Source of the DNA: Octopus bimaculoides
Taxonomy: Eukaryota
Assembly (NCBI RefSeq): GCF_001194135.2
Contig: NC_068984.1
Span: 104,972,531-105,036,530 of the forward strand
Direction of reading: 5' to 3'
DNA length: 64,000 nt
The notes under the pieces are model-generated. The model was not told the DNA's origin. It did no database searches and saw only the letters and a program-made list of their open reading frames with translations. Within the stretch, counting starts at the first letter, position 1, and every line of letters begins with the position of its first letter. Below are positions 24,879-39,080 of the stretch, piece by piece. The position numbers and the translations under genes are program-made.

Positions 24879-25879
24879 GGTATATTCTGTTAAGAATGTA
24901 GTAGAGTACAATATAAAGTTCATCCACCTTCAGATATACCCTGTGCTATCCAGTAGTAGTAGTATTATATGTACTCCCAAGTTTGCATTTGGGTATCTGT
25001 CATGTGTGAATAGGTAACTGAAAAAATTGGAGTCAACAAGGAGTACAGTTGTCCTTCTTGTTCACTCCAATTTTTTCAATTATATATATATATATATATG
25101 TATATATATACACACACACACACACACACATGCATACACACATACCCATATCTGGTGTAGCATATAAATATATGCATATATATTTATTATCATCATCATC
25201 ATTGTTATAGTTGTCATTTTATGTTTGCTGTTCATACTGGTGTGGGTTAGATGAGTCCTCTCACCTCGAAGGGCAAAGGGAATGTTGTCCTACTCATACT
25301 TTATTTTGGCCTGGTTTCTATAGCTAGATGCTCTTCCTGACACCAACCACTTTACAGACTGTACAGAATGCATTTTTCAAAATACCAGCACTAGAGTAGT
25401 CAAATTTTCTATACACATGAAAGGAACACACAACCCCATATATCTTTGTTCACTCATCACATATACATGCACACACAATATATATATATATGTATGTATA
25501 TGGTATGTATAATGGGTTTTATACAGCAAACTTCTCAACCATTCAGCTATATTTGTGTCTATCAATGCCTACATAACTATCTATCTATTTATCCATATAT
25601 ACACACATACATGCCTCTACACACACACACACAGATACATAGTTATATACATATATATACACACACACACATATATATATACTTACATATGTGTGTGTGG
25701 GGGGCCTAATAGTTATGGTATTCAGTTCGCAAATCATAAGGTTTTGGGATCAGTTCTTGGTCAGAACAGTGTATTGTGCCTCTGGGTATGATATTTTATT
25801 TCTCATTGCTTGAATCTATTCATCTGAAATTTGTTCCAGCCCAGTGCTGGTACAGTTTTCTCTGCCTCTAGCCATTACA

Positions 25880-26480
25880 TCAAAGAAAGGGTGCAAGTGC
25901 TAAAAAATTAAGCAAAAGCATAGTATATTCAGTAAAATCTTGTTCCCATAATTTGAGCATCTATGACTTACATTAGGTAAACAGTACATAACTCTATATC
26001 ACCTTTTCTCTAAATCAAGCAACAAGATAGGCAGTAAAGTTCAATATTTTTTCTTTCTAAGCTTTTTATCTTCACAAGGTTTACTTTTATAGCTCTTGCT
26101 TCTAAGCTCTCATTCCATTTCTGGGAGTGTTCCTCTAATTTTTTAACTGATGCAGCAATGAGAATTAGGTTGTCAATATACAGGAGTTTCCATGAACAGC
26201 CAGTTTTGAGCCCTTCTATTGTGGCTTGGCAAACTTTAACAGAAGACTGAGAATCATGCCCTTATAGATACATAGCTGCAAGCTAAATTTCTTGTTGAAC
26301 TCATTGCTAACCCTCACATTGTTGACAGTACCCCTGCGGATGCCTTGTTATTCATCTACACCCAATTTTCTTAGTAATAACCAGACTACAGATTGTGGAA
26401 CCTGGCTGAAGGACTTCTCCAGGTCAATGGACACTTTTATTTACTAAGAACTCTTATAGTTATTTTATTAAGAAGAGGAC
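25880..26480 (-). mobile_element. RTE-clade LINE reverse-transcriptase fragment
   Basis: Minus strand gives VRVSNEF..., GLKTGCSWKLLYIDNLILIAASVKKLEEHSQKWNESLEARAIKVN (the PWELLYADDL region of RTE). Confidence 0.75.
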
Positions 26481-26994
26481 ATCAGTGGAATGCTTTCTAA
26501 GGTAGATTTCTTTCCATTTAGTTGTACTATTACTCTTACTAGTTTTATCACGTGATCCATCAAAAATGATACCTCTGTAATTGCTTCTTTTGAGAACATA
26601 TTTACTCTTGTAGCAGTGACATGGATATCACTTATTCTGGTCATGGAATAAGTAATATCCTTGTCATTGTCCTGACACCTCCTTGTATTACCTGACTAAC
26701 TATGTGAGTACCTACCACATGTCCTTTTTCACTAAATATTTTTAGCAACTAAACTAACAATCCTGATAGGCCAACTTTTATTTACTACATCTGTAACTTT
26801 AATTACACTTTCAGCTGTATAGCACTCAAAAGCTGGTCCCTATGTTGGGTCTACTTATGGTAATCATTCCCTCTCCTATGTATTTTTCTCACTCAGCAAC
26901 ATCTAATAGTAGCATCTCCATGCCTGTTTCTTCTCAGACTCAGTGAGGATTAGTATGCTACTATTACTCCCTCAAGAACCTGATTAACATTGGG

Positions 26995-27355
26995 GACCAT
27001 GACCATGTGGTAAAAAGTATGCTTCCCAACCACAGACTTCAGTCTCACTGCATGATACCTTGGGCAAGTGTCCAGTGCCATATGAGTGAATGTGATAGAC
27101 GGAAGCTAAAAGGAACCTGTCATATATATAAATATTATGTGTTTGTATCTGTGTGTGTGTCTCACCACTTCTTGACAACCAGTGTTGGCTTGTTTACATC
27201 CCCATAGCTTAGTGGTTTGGCATAAGAGACTGATATAATAAGTACCAGGCTTAAAAAAAATTAAATAGTGGGTTCAATTCATCCAATTAAAACCCTTCAA
27301 GGTGGTGCCCTGGCATGGCCACACTTCAGTGACTGAAACAAGTTGAAGATAGAAG
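26995..27355 (+). mobile_element. SINE family A, internally deleted
   Basis: Head GTGTGGTAAAAAGTATGCTTCCCAACCA, microsatellite core and tail GCATGGCC...GACTGAAACAAG. Confidence 0.8.
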
Positions 27356-28894
27356 ATAAAACACATTCAAAAGATCCCACAGTTTGATTGGTTACAGAAA
27401 CAGTATGCATACAAAAAATAGAATGAGTAAAATAACAAAACTTTTACAGCCATTATCCATATGCACCAAAGTAATATATGAATTAGAATCAAATAAGATT
27501 GAAGTAAACTTAAAGTCAACAAAATTGACTACCACCACACACCACAAATCATAAACATTCATAGAAACTACACACATACACAAGCATACATGCACACACA
27601 CACCCACACACATACATACACACAATAACAGAAATAAACAAATACAGGTTTATAAAAATATGTAAAGGAACACAATGGAAACAAAATAGTTGTATAATTC
27701 TTGCTTGAGAATATGTGCGTGTATATGTGTATGTGCGTATCATCATCACAATCATCATTTTATATGTGTTTTACATGTTCATACTGCATTTGCTTCACCT
27801 TCAACCACAGTCCTTTGTCATCTGGCACACATAACAACAAATAAAAATGGGTCAATTCAGTTGTTTCATATATTGTACAATATGTACTAGGGACATTTTA
27901 CCAAGATCTATCACTAGAACGGTTGTCAGCAGTTAGACCAAAATGTTCCCTCAACCTCAGATTTATCTCTCTTCTAAATAATAGCTCGTTATGTGACTTG
28001 TGGAGGCTATGGTCTCTTCATACATTGCAATTTTGTGTGCATAGCTACAGTAATATGTGTATACATATACATATTGTGCATGGCCACAGGCAAATGACAA
28101 AAACTAGTACAAGAATATATTATGCATAAATCTATGCATATATTTTGTATGTATGTATGTATGTATGTATGGATAGGTGGATGGATGGGTGGGTTGGTGT
28201 GTGGGTGGATGGATAGGAATCCATAAAGATTCTTTTTTTTATTTTCCTGGTATAAAAGCAATACTGCTTTATTTCTTTATGATAAACAAGGTGCCAAAGC
28301 CTCCATTGTGTTTTTTATAGATTACATTTATTCTCAGATAAGCAAAAGAATTTTCTGGAAGCAGGAATCAATTAGTCAATATTTGTTCTATTCAAATGTG
28401 ATGATTAGATTCAATAACAATGTTTTCTAATCAGATGCATCCATCAGTGGGTGATTAATACTAATTACTTCAAACAGAGGACTCTAGTTAAAAGGAGCTT
28501 AATACTTCAAGTTAATGAAACACACATCAATTATTCTTATAAGCTTCTAACGTTTCTACCTCTAGGCAATACATTTCTATAACAACAATTATACATCTAG
28601 GAACTAGAGTCAACAATAGTTAATTAATATTCTTGACCAGGAGTATATCACAATGCCAGCCTATGAACTTAATGAATTACAGACCCTTTGGGCAGTGGGA
28701 ATGCTAAATGAAACAAAGAGGAAATAATATTTACAGTTTTTCTAAGACATAGGAAATAGCTTTTGTCTTTAAAGGATTACAGGCACTGAGTATATTTAGA
28801 TTGTATGGTTTACTTTAGGATCAATACATGTATTTTGTTTAACATTCGTATAATTATATACATACACATATATTGAATATGGATGTTTGTATCT

Positions 28895-29152
28895 TTTATC
28901 TTCTATCTTTTACTTGTTTTAGTCATTAGACTGTGGCCATGCTGGGGCATCACCTTGAAGAGATTTTAGTCAAAAAAAATTAATCCCAGTACTTATTTTT
29001 TGTTAAGCCTGGTACTTATTCTATCGATCTCTTTTTGCCAAACCGCTAAGTTATGGGGGCCATAAACACACCAATACCAGTTGTCAGGTAGTGCTAGGGG
29101 ACAAGCACAGACAAGAAGACACACACACATAGATATACATAGGTATATATAT

Positions 29153-29219
<67 letters not shown>

Positions 29220-29625
29220 CACATACGACGGGCTTCTTTTAGGTTACCAAATTCACTCACAAGGATTTGATCGGCCTGAGGCTATAGTAGAAGACACTTA
29301 TTTAAGGTGCCACACAGTGGGACTGAACCTGGAACCATGTGGTTAGGAAGCAAGCTTTTTACCACACAGCCATGCCTGTGCCTTTAAATATATACATTTA
29401 CATATATGTATACATATATATAAATATTTGTGTGGTTGTGTTTGTCCCCATACTGTTTGACAGCCTGTGTTGGTTTATTTACATCCCCATAACTTAGTAG
29501 AACTGGAGAAGAAGCTAAAAAATATGTAACAGTGATAAAAATATGTACTTGGGTTGATTTGTTCAAATAACCTGACAAGGTAGTACTCTAGTATGGCTGC
29601 AGTCCAATGATTGAAGCAAGTGAAA
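28895..29625. mobile_element. SINE family A: complete minus copy (28895-29385) followed by a plus-strand tail (29420-29625)
   Basis: Reverse complements of the head and tail seen at 31155-31590. Confidence 0.8.
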
Positions 29626-29827
29626 AAGTAAATCCCTAAGCCTGTCCACTCTATCCCCACCACCACCACTTATCTGTTCTTTGCAACTTTGTCTCTGTAC
29701 TTGCCAGTATCAATGCTGTATGAATTAATGATCAATTGCCGGCTTCTTTTTCCATCAATACTGCAGAGTTTTCTGAAACTGATACCTCCACTAACGCAGC
29801 TTCCTCAGATTTTAAGAATACGTATGT

Positions 29828-29862
<35 letters not shown>

Positions 29863-29958
29863 TGTGTGTGTGTCTGTGTGTGTCTGTGTGTGTGTGTGTG
29901 TGTGTGTGCATGCATATATGTATAAATGTGTATATATGTATACACTTATATATATATG

Positions 29959-30004
<46 letters not shown>

Positions 30005-30014
30005 TTTATATACG

Positions 30015-30061
<47 letters not shown>

Positions 30062-30083
30062 ATATATGTATTGTATGTATGTA

Positions 30084-30169
<86 letters not shown>

Positions 30170-31108
30170 GGATGTATGCATGTAGTCTATATATTTGCTT
30201 CTCTCTCAAGCTGGACTCAAGAATCATGTATGTCAACATAACCCTGTTGAAAAAGACTGAAGCAAATAGCTAAAAAAAAAAAAGCAGACTCATGGAATCA
30301 TAATGCAGCTTCTATGTGAGGTTTGTCTTCACTTTTTCTCTTTGGCAATTACTTGGAATATGGTGGTAAAGTGCTGCAAAAGTTCATACTTAATCAATAC
30401 TATCAGATCTTATATTTCTTAATGCTAGCAGCCATTACTAAAACTCTTCAGGGTTGTAAGTTAGTTTGTAGCACAATTTTTAATGTAAAGAGGAAAAAAA
30501 AGACTTATAATAAAACAACTCAACAAAACAAAAGTTGCATATAATTTATGTTCACATTCATCAATGTCTAATAAATGTCGACTTGAAGTTTCACTCCTAA
30601 TTCTAATCTTTTCATCATCACCATTAACATCATTATCATCACAACCACCACTATTACCACCACCAACACCATCACTTTTGTCATCACCACCACTACCCAT
30701 CATCATCATCATCATCTACAAAACAACTACAGCTGCAGCTTCCACTACAGTCATTGCCTCCTTTTTTAGTTTCTGTCTAACAGATCCACTCATAAGGCTT
30801 TGGTTGACCTGGGGTTATAGAGGAAAATATTTACCTAAGGTGCTGCATAGTGGGTCTGAAACCAAACCACATGGTTGGGAAGTAAGAGCCATGCCTGCAC
30901 CCATGTATATATATCTTACATATATAAAATATAATGCCTGTCCTGTCAGTCACACTGGTAGATGGAAATAACAAACAGAGAGTGAGTGACGGTCAGAGAT
31001 GCTAAATGCAGGCAAACTGTAGTAAAAGGTTTGCTCTGAAGTTGCTGGTACTTCAACCAAAATAAATCTGTAAATTTTTATCATAAACTGTATTTAGTTT
31101 ATCAGATT

Positions 31109-31148
<40 letters not shown>

Positions 31149-31154
31149 CTAGAC

Positions 31155-31386
31155 ACAGGCGTGGCTGTGTGGTAAAAAGCTTGCTTCCCAACCACATGGT
31201 TCTGGGTTCAGTTCCACTGTGTGACACTATGGGCAAGTGTCTTCTACTATAGCCTCAGGCTGACCAAAGCCTTGTGAGTGGATTTGGTAGACAGAAACTG
31301 AAAGAAGCCCATCGTGTGTATATATATANNNNNNNNNNCTTGTGAGTGGATTTGGTAGACAGAAACTGAAAGAAGCCCATCGTGTG

Positions 31387-31427
<41 letters not shown>

Positions 31428-31590
31428 CTTTATGTCTGTGTTTATGTCCCGTAACTTAGCAGTTTGGCAAAAGAGACCGATAGAATAAGTACAAAGCTCA
31501 CAATGAATAAGTCCTGGGGATGATTTGTTCAACTAAAAGGCAGTACTCCAGTATGGCTGCAGTTAAATTACTGAAACAAGTAAAAGAATA
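31155..31590 (+). mobile_element. SINE family A, near full length (interrupted by a 10-N gap)
   Basis: A-box-like TGGCTGTGTGG, B-box-like GGGTTCAGTTCC, (TA)n(TG)n core, tail ...GAAACAAGTAAAAGAATAAAAGA. Confidence 0.88.
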
Positions 31591-32202
31591 AAAGAATATA
31601 TATGTGAAACTAAATATTAATACACACACACACACACACATATAATTAAGATTCAGTTGAATTAGGTACTTAAATTGAGGCACCTTGCTAGTTTGGTATA
31701 ATCTGCACACCCTAACAATATTATTTGAATATTGAATATCAAGACTATTAGGGGTATTTGTACCCAATATTCCTGTCATGTCTGTAGACAACACAGCCCA
31801 GCTAATTGAACATATCTGCACTTGGTAATTCAGAAATTGTATTTTTTATTAAGGTACTATAGTATTTCCAAAGTGCAGATTCCAAGTAATAGGTTTATTA
31901 CATCATGTGAAAAAGACCATTTTCATCAGATGAATATATGCATGAATTAAACATTTGTCCATATATTCACCTGATCAAAACGGTTTTTTTTTTCACAAGA
32001 TGTAATAACTCTATTCATCAATAAAAACCACATCTGAAACAGCTGTAGTGAGTGAACAACTAGCCATCTTCTGTTATTTGTTTATTATTCACCTTACTTG
32101 GAACCTGCAATTTGAGTTTGATGATTTGAACTGTTCCAAATTTTACAAGCAGCAGATTAAATCTTTTGATTGCAACCTATTCTAAGATACAAACTGCTTG
32201 TT

Positions 32203-32991
32203 TTAATCCTTTAGCATTTAAACCAACCATATCAGTCCCAAACAATCTATCTGTTTTATGATTGTAACAAGAGGAAAATTAAGAATTAGGATCACCACTT
32301 TAAAAAGTATATTTATATGTGTGCATGTTAGAAGGCTTAAAACGTATAAATGTATGTTTCACATGAAGGAAACAATAAATATCAGAAGGCAATTTTTTTT
32401 TGTTTTTTGTTAATAAACAACAATTTATTCCTTGATCACACATGAAGTAGCAGGTACATCAGAGATAAGTGTTCAAGGCAATAGGATGTAGCAAGACATG
32501 AGTTAATTTCTTAATAAACATCAAGGTAGTTAGATCTGGTACTAAAATATCCAATGAGTTTTGTAGTGGTTGTGAGGCAAAGTAGAAATCCCATAGTTGT
32601 ATGACTGTTGTTTTCTGATTGGCGTTAATTCAGCAACGTTTTGTTGTCTGAATGAACAACTGATGTGTTTACATCTCGATATCTTAGGAACTGATTATTA
32701 CCTTTCAAAACTTGCACTTCACCGCTGGGTCATGTGTATTCTTCTGTGACCAGCGGTGATTGGATGTTTTGGGCATAGCACGATTGTGCTAAGTCACCAA
32801 GACAAAATAGTGCTAGCATGTCTTGCTAAATGTTCAAACAGACCAGATCCAGTCACTCACACCTATCTTACAATGTCATTCTGAAACTAAACAATCATAT
32901 TATTGAAATCTTGAAGATAGAAGATAACTCAAAACAATGTGAGTCAATAAACATTACATTTCACTGAGTAATCTGAATGCTAATGGGTTAA
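32203..32991. mobile_element. piggyBac-type MITE (family P1) split by a ~570-bp insertion
   Basis: Termini TTAA|TCCTTTAGCATT (32203) and AATGCTAATGGG|TTAA (32991) are degenerate inverted copies with TTAA target sites; unrelated sequence occupies 32261-32829. Confidence 0.65.
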
Positions 32992-34553
32992 AGTAACCTA
33001 AACCAAAACCTTCTATCTTCCAGTGAATTTATGTCCCAAACACCAGATTAATAATGTTAGTCATTTTACTAAATTCTTCATCATTATCAAAGTGAATGAA
33101 AACAAAGGCAGGGTGCTCCAGTAGAAATAGGTGAGAAGAGGGTTAATGGTTAAAAAATGGTAACAAGAAATTGTGACACACATACTCTTGGTTCTATAAC
33201 ACAAATTCCCTGTTTTAAAATTATCTTAATTAAAACTTCCCATGAAAATCTCATGTTGATTTATGTTAAAACATCAGCTAAATGATGACAAAATTGTCTT
33301 TAAAAATTTCTTTACCACATCAGGGTTGATGTTGAGCTAAGCAACAACATAGATGAATCTTCAATTAAAGAAGTTGGCTGTGTGGTTATTCAGTAACAAG
33401 CTAGTCTTTTGCAACTGACCGAGGAATATTCCTAGATAGTCACAAAATAATTTATCATATTATATGAATACAGGCATTTCAGGGTTTATTTCATGAATTG
33501 AATTCTCTCAAACCGAAAAATTTAACAGCATCAAAAAGTAACCATTCTGTTGCAGAAAAGTTATTAGTAACCAGCTTAAATATTGCTTCTTTTTGTTTCT
33601 TCCTTAAAAATGGCAGTGACCATTTTAACTTGAAATTCAAAGTTCTATTTTAACAATAAGAATAAAAAGGGGAAAAGTGAAAAATAAAAGTAACATGAAA
33701 TAACAGAATTAAGAACATGTGTTCTGTAGCCAAGTTTCAGTTATACTGTACTTAACAAACCAATGCTGGTGCCATGCCCAATGTGACATTGGCCTGATGA
33801 TATAGCTGGGTGACCTTGGCTCAATATAATCTATAGCAATACAATTTATAAACAAAATCAGGGGTATAGTATGTGATTTGATTGCACTGCACTGCAGCTA
33901 AATTGGCTCCCCCACTTCCTTAAATGTAAACATACCTTCAGCTGCAGCAAATATTTGTATATAAAGTGGTCACCCTGTACCCCACACAGCTCATACTACC
34001 CCACCAAATAAAATAATTACTTGAATCTATTGATATTTTCTATTTATTTATTCAGTTTACTGATTGTGTATTGGACCATCTTCAAGGCTAGCAGTGAGCT
34101 ATAAAATGTGGATGAAGGCTAAATGTTGCCAAAAGGCAATAAATAAAATTTAAATAAGAGTTTCTCAGATAATGACAATGTTTCTATTGATGTCACACAA
34201 ATCAGAAAAAGAGCCAAATAGANNNNNNNNNNNNNNNNNNNNNNNNNNNNNNNNNNNNNNNNNNNNNNATATATACATATATATATATATATATATTGTT
34301 AAAGGAAACATAGAAATATTGTTATAGGTGCAGACATTACTGTGTGGTTGAGAGGATTACTTCCTAGCCACATATTTTCAGGTTCAATCCCACAGCATAG
34401 CACATTGTGCAAGTGTCTTCTATGAATGTGTTTGTTTGTTTGTGTGTGCGTGTGTATGTGAGTGTGTGTGTGTGTAAGAGAGAGAGAGAGAGAGTTTGTG
34501 TGTGTGTACTTGTATTTCTTTACAGTTCTATATTTAAGAGATGAGGAATTATT

Positions 34554-34647
34554 AACATTATTTACATTATTTACATTTGACGGATATTTGTCCAACAAAC
34601 AAGATGAGGACAAATATCCGTCAAATGTAAATAATGTAAATAATGTT
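34554..34647. repeat. Perfect 40-bp inverted repeat with a 14-nt loop
   Basis: AACATTATTTACATTATTTACATTTGACGGATATTTGTCC [AACAAACAAGATGA] GGACAAATATCCGTCAAATGTAAATAATGTAAATAATGTT. Confidence 0.95.
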
Positions 34648-34784
34648 GTATTTCTTTGTCTTAACATTTCATGAGAGTCATAAATGAGCATCACTGTCAT
34701 ACAAATAATGTTTCTTTTCCAGTCTTCCATGCAAGCATGGAAAAATGAACATGAAAATACTGATGATATATATAGATATATATA

Positions 34785-36253
34785 GATATATTATATAAAA
34801 GTCAATGTCTGTGTGTTTGTGTGTTACTTATAGACTTGAAAACTACTGGACCGATCCTAATGAAATTTAGAACATAAAATCCAAGCCTAGGGAGAAGGGT
34901 AATGCCATATGTTTCATGCAATTTGGAGGGAGCATAAGGGATGGGGGGGTGGTATAAACTCAAATGGATCTTTATGAAATTTGGAAATTATATTCTATGC
35001 ATAAGGGTGGATGTAATGCAGTATATGTTTGAAAGTGAGGGGGTGTTAATGAGGCTATAACCCCCATGAAAATTCATATATTTTTGCTGTTGATGAAATT
35101 TTGACCATAGATATTAGACATAAATGAAGTAATATTCCTAAAATTTCAACTTCTTAGGAGGTTAGTAAGACCTCTTAATAGGGGCTTAGCCCCACAATTT
35201 AGGCATTTTTTTATGAGCCAAGACAAATACGATGATAGTCATGGAAGCTGTAGAGTCACCCGAGGATACAAGATGAGCATTATTTGTAATTCGGTGGTAC
35301 AACAGTGTAAGAGTTTGCTTTGAGATATACTTAGATTGCGATTTCTACAATGTGGTGCATAAATTGTCAAGTAAAGGAGAGGCATCTTTGCCTCCACTGA
35401 TTCAGTTGCAAAGTGTCATTTTGAGTAAAGTCATTTGGTTGCAGACTCCTTTGAGTCTTTTTATTATCACTGGGTCAGAGATAGTCCCCAGATAGTAACA
35501 TTGATTTGAAGGCCTTTCCAGATAAGTGATTTATAGATTGCAAATTTATTCTGTTCAGTTACTTATCGGCATAGTGATCATTGGCAAACTCCAGAGGTGA
35601 CACTTTCATTTCCTCTTAGCCCTCATGTCACACAGTTGTTAATGTTTATTTGAGTTGGGTCATGCCCTTCCTATTGCTATAGATCCGTAATGCAACTTAC
35701 ATCTGTGCCGGTCACCTGTATTGTGAGGAATCCTACATTGGGGAGTAGTAACAACTAGGGTAGAGTAGCTGACTGTTTATTGTGATCGTTGGTCTTTTTG
35801 GTTTCCTCTAGCGTTGCCCTCTTTTACAAACCCAGGGAACTTTCATATATTTCCGATTTCAAAGAAATTTGAACAATAGATATAAGACACAAGTTAAAAA
35901 AGATTCCCAGCAATTCAACTTCTCTGGTTGACTTTAAAACTCCCCTAATAGGGGCCTTAACTCCCACATTTTAGAGTTCCATGTGCTCTATTTTTCAAGA
36001 GCAAAAACCTTTGAATGGGTTTTATAAGATTTGGATTTTGGAATCTGGGCATAAAGATGAGTAGTATGGGATAAATATGTCATGATTAGAATTTTTGTTA
36101 GGGTGTGTAAAGAGGGAAAGAACCCCCATTAAAATTCTTAATTTCCAGTTTTTATGAAATTCGAATCATAGGTATTCCAGTTCATTAGAGAAAATATAAA
36201 AGAAAAGTCTAATTTTTCCATGTGCCACAGGCAACGCCAGGTATCTCTGCTAG
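34785..36253 (+). mobile_element. Non-autonomous Helitron-like element
   Basis: 5' region TATATAAAAGTCAATGTCTGTGTG...AAACTACTGGACCGATCCTAATGAAATTT, internal repeated GAAATTT(G/T) modules, and a 3' decayed GC hairpin (36225-36242) followed by ...GCTAG|T. The 5' TC is not preserved. Confidence 0.7.
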
Positions 36254-37544
36254 TATATATATGTGTGTTGTGTGTGTGTGTGGATAGATAGATAGATAGA
36301 TAGATATACACGCCCAAATACATACGTACAATGTCTGATTAAAAAGTATCAGGACTGTTGCTATAGCAACAGAACTTATGCATACAAAGTGAAACTGCTT
36401 GCCACAAATTGACTTTGAATTGTGCATTGCTCACGTTGTTTATAGCAGTGACTGAAAGTAAAGTGTGTAGACTGTGGTCTCCTCACCACACCACAGAGGT
36501 TCCATCAGTCACCATGGCAAAAAAAATATGTGTATGTGGACACATGCATGAAAAGAGATTTGACTTGAAGATCATTATGACTAAGAATCTTTCAAAATGT
36601 CAAATCCCACTTGAAAGTAACAAAATTTCAAGAGTCAAGGAAAACCAAGAAAATGTGATAGCATGCAGCTGACTAGCTGCATACTATCCCCCCAAAAGGA
36701 GTCCAGGAATGCTTGCATCAATGGAAATGATGCTGGATAAAGTGTGTTGTTTCACAAGGGGACTACTTTGAAGGCGATTAAAAGCTGACTTGATATGTGT
36801 TGCAGTTTTCTTTTTATAGTACCAGTCCCAATACTTTTTGATCAGACCTAGCATGCACACACACGCGTGCGCACACACACATACACACACATCATCATCA
36901 TCATCATCATCATCATTTAATTTAATTTAATGTTCGCTTTCCATGCTAGCTTGAACTGAACAATTTGACAGAAGACTACAGCAAGCTTTACTGTCTGCTT
37001 TGGCATAATTTCTACAGCTGGATGTCCTTTCTAATTCCAATGATTTTACAGAGTATACAGAGTGACTTTTGCATAACAGCAAAGTTACAAAGTAACTTGC
37101 AAAACATGATCTCTCGACTGAAAAGGGAATAGTATTGAGTGAGATGGCTTTGTGCCTGGTGATGAGAGGTTAGAGTATGATAAATAGGCAAAAGTAGGTG
37201 TCTTGTTATAGAGGAGTTACATGGCCACCCTAGTTGGAAATGGAGAAAGAGAGACAGAATGAGAAGAGATCGTGATGAAGACATGTTGGGGCATCCCTTC
37301 AAGTTACAGGGAGGAGTATATAAGTGAAATGGTATAAAGGATTGGTTAGGGTGTATGGGCAGGTCAATTTGTAAAAGTGTAAAAGGAAAGATGGAGGGGA
37401 GGGGTATGAAGTAAATGATGAACACAGATGGCGGAAGGGGGGGTGTTAGGAAGATGAGTTGGATGGGGGGAGATCTCTCAGGGACAGATTGTGTGCTAAC
37501 GTATAGGCATAAATAACAAGCCTTTAGGGTCTCAGTTTTAATTA

Positions 37545-38075
37545 GATGGGAGGGTCTTTCTAAGAACAGCAAATTACCAATTGTCCTGGTCCTTTGTCAT
37601 CTCCTCTGCATGGCTTAACATCTGGAGGTCATGTTTTACCATTTCATTCCATGTCTTTCTGGGTTTTCCTCTTTTACAAGTTACATCCACATTTAGCAAA
37701 TGGCACTTCTTTACGCAGCTATTCTCATCCATATGTATTACATGACCATACCAAAGTCTTCTCCGTTGCGCACTATATCTGATACCTCTTATGCTCAATT
37801 TTTCTCTCAACACATTTGCACTTTGTTATACATGCACACTGACATTGTACATCCAGTAGAGCAGCTAGCTTCATTTCTTTCAAGCCTTCATGTCTTCTGC
37901 ATTCACAGCCTGTGTTTCACTTCCACACTTTCATGTAGCTAGCTGTTCATATACAAGCATCATACAAACTGCCTTACATTCTGAGGATGAGGTTCTTTGT
38001 TGCCAACAATGGTAAGAGCTCTCTATACCTTTTCCAGCCAGTTCTAGCAACTATACTTTCAGAGCATTCTCCTCC
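37545..38075 (-). mobile_element. RTE-clade LINE ORF C-terminal fragment
   Basis: MLREKLSIRGIRYSAQRRRLWYGHVIHMDENSCVKKC...RGKPRKTW, the typical RTE RRLRWYGHV...RGRPRKTW end. Confidence 0.85.
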
Positions 38076-38414
38076 ACTGCTAATTAGGTCACTTATAAAA
38101 AGAAACTCTCTACTATCTCTGAGGAACCTCCTGGGCATTTGAGGAAATCTATTTCATGTGTATTCTTCATGTTCATTGTTCCTGCACTTCTGCTACACAG
38201 AGAGACAACATTCTCTTTGAACCTTTCTGTGATTCCACTGCACCTCTTTTGTGTCCATTGCTTGCACTGGGTACAGTGCATGGAATTTTACCTATACTTT
38301 TCTATGTATGGAGCAGGCCCATTTCCCCTGAAGGGATTAATAATTTGTTTGGCTTCCTCCTTACTAAGACGTAGGTCTTTGCTAAGTTAACTCTAAGCCT
38401 TTTGATTCATATAC

Positions 38415-38470
<56 letters not shown>

Positions 38471-38504
38471 ACATATATATATATATGCACACACACATAC
38501 ATAT

Positions 38505-38885
38505 ATAGGCAAGGCTGTGTGGTAAGAAGCTTGGTTTCAACCACATGGTTTTGGGTTCAGTCCCATAGTGTAGCATCTTGGGCGTCTTCTACTATAGCCT
38601 TAGGCCAACCAAAGTCTTGTGAGCAGGATTTGATACATAGACACTGAAAGAAGCCCATTGTGAGTGTGAGTGTGCGTGTTTGTCCCACCAACACTGCTTG
38701 ATGACCAGTGTTGGTGTGTTTATGACCTCTTAACTTAGAGGTTTGGCAAAAGTGAGTCAATTCATTCAACTAAAAAGTCTCCAAGGTGGTACCCCAGCAT
38801 GGCCACAATCTAATGACTGAAACAAGTAAAAGANNNNNNNNNNTGCTCCAGCATGGCTGCAGTCAAATGACTGAAACAAGTAATA
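38505..38885 (+). mobile_element. SINE family A
   Basis: Head GGCAAGGCTGTGTGGTAAGAAGCTTG and tail CCAGCATGGCC...GACTGAAACAAGTAAAAGA; a second, different tail follows the 10-N gap. Confidence 0.8.
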
Positions 38886-39080
38886 GAGTATATGTTCATA
38901 AATATATGTACATGTATAGTTAGGCATATATGTGTACATGTATAAGTAGATAACTACCTGCTTGATCNNNNNNNNNNNNNNNNNNNNNNNNNNNNNNNNN
39001 NNNNNNNNNNNNNNNNNNNNNNNNNNNNNNNNNNNNNNNNNNNNNNNNNNNNNNNNNNNNNNNNNNNATATACATATACA

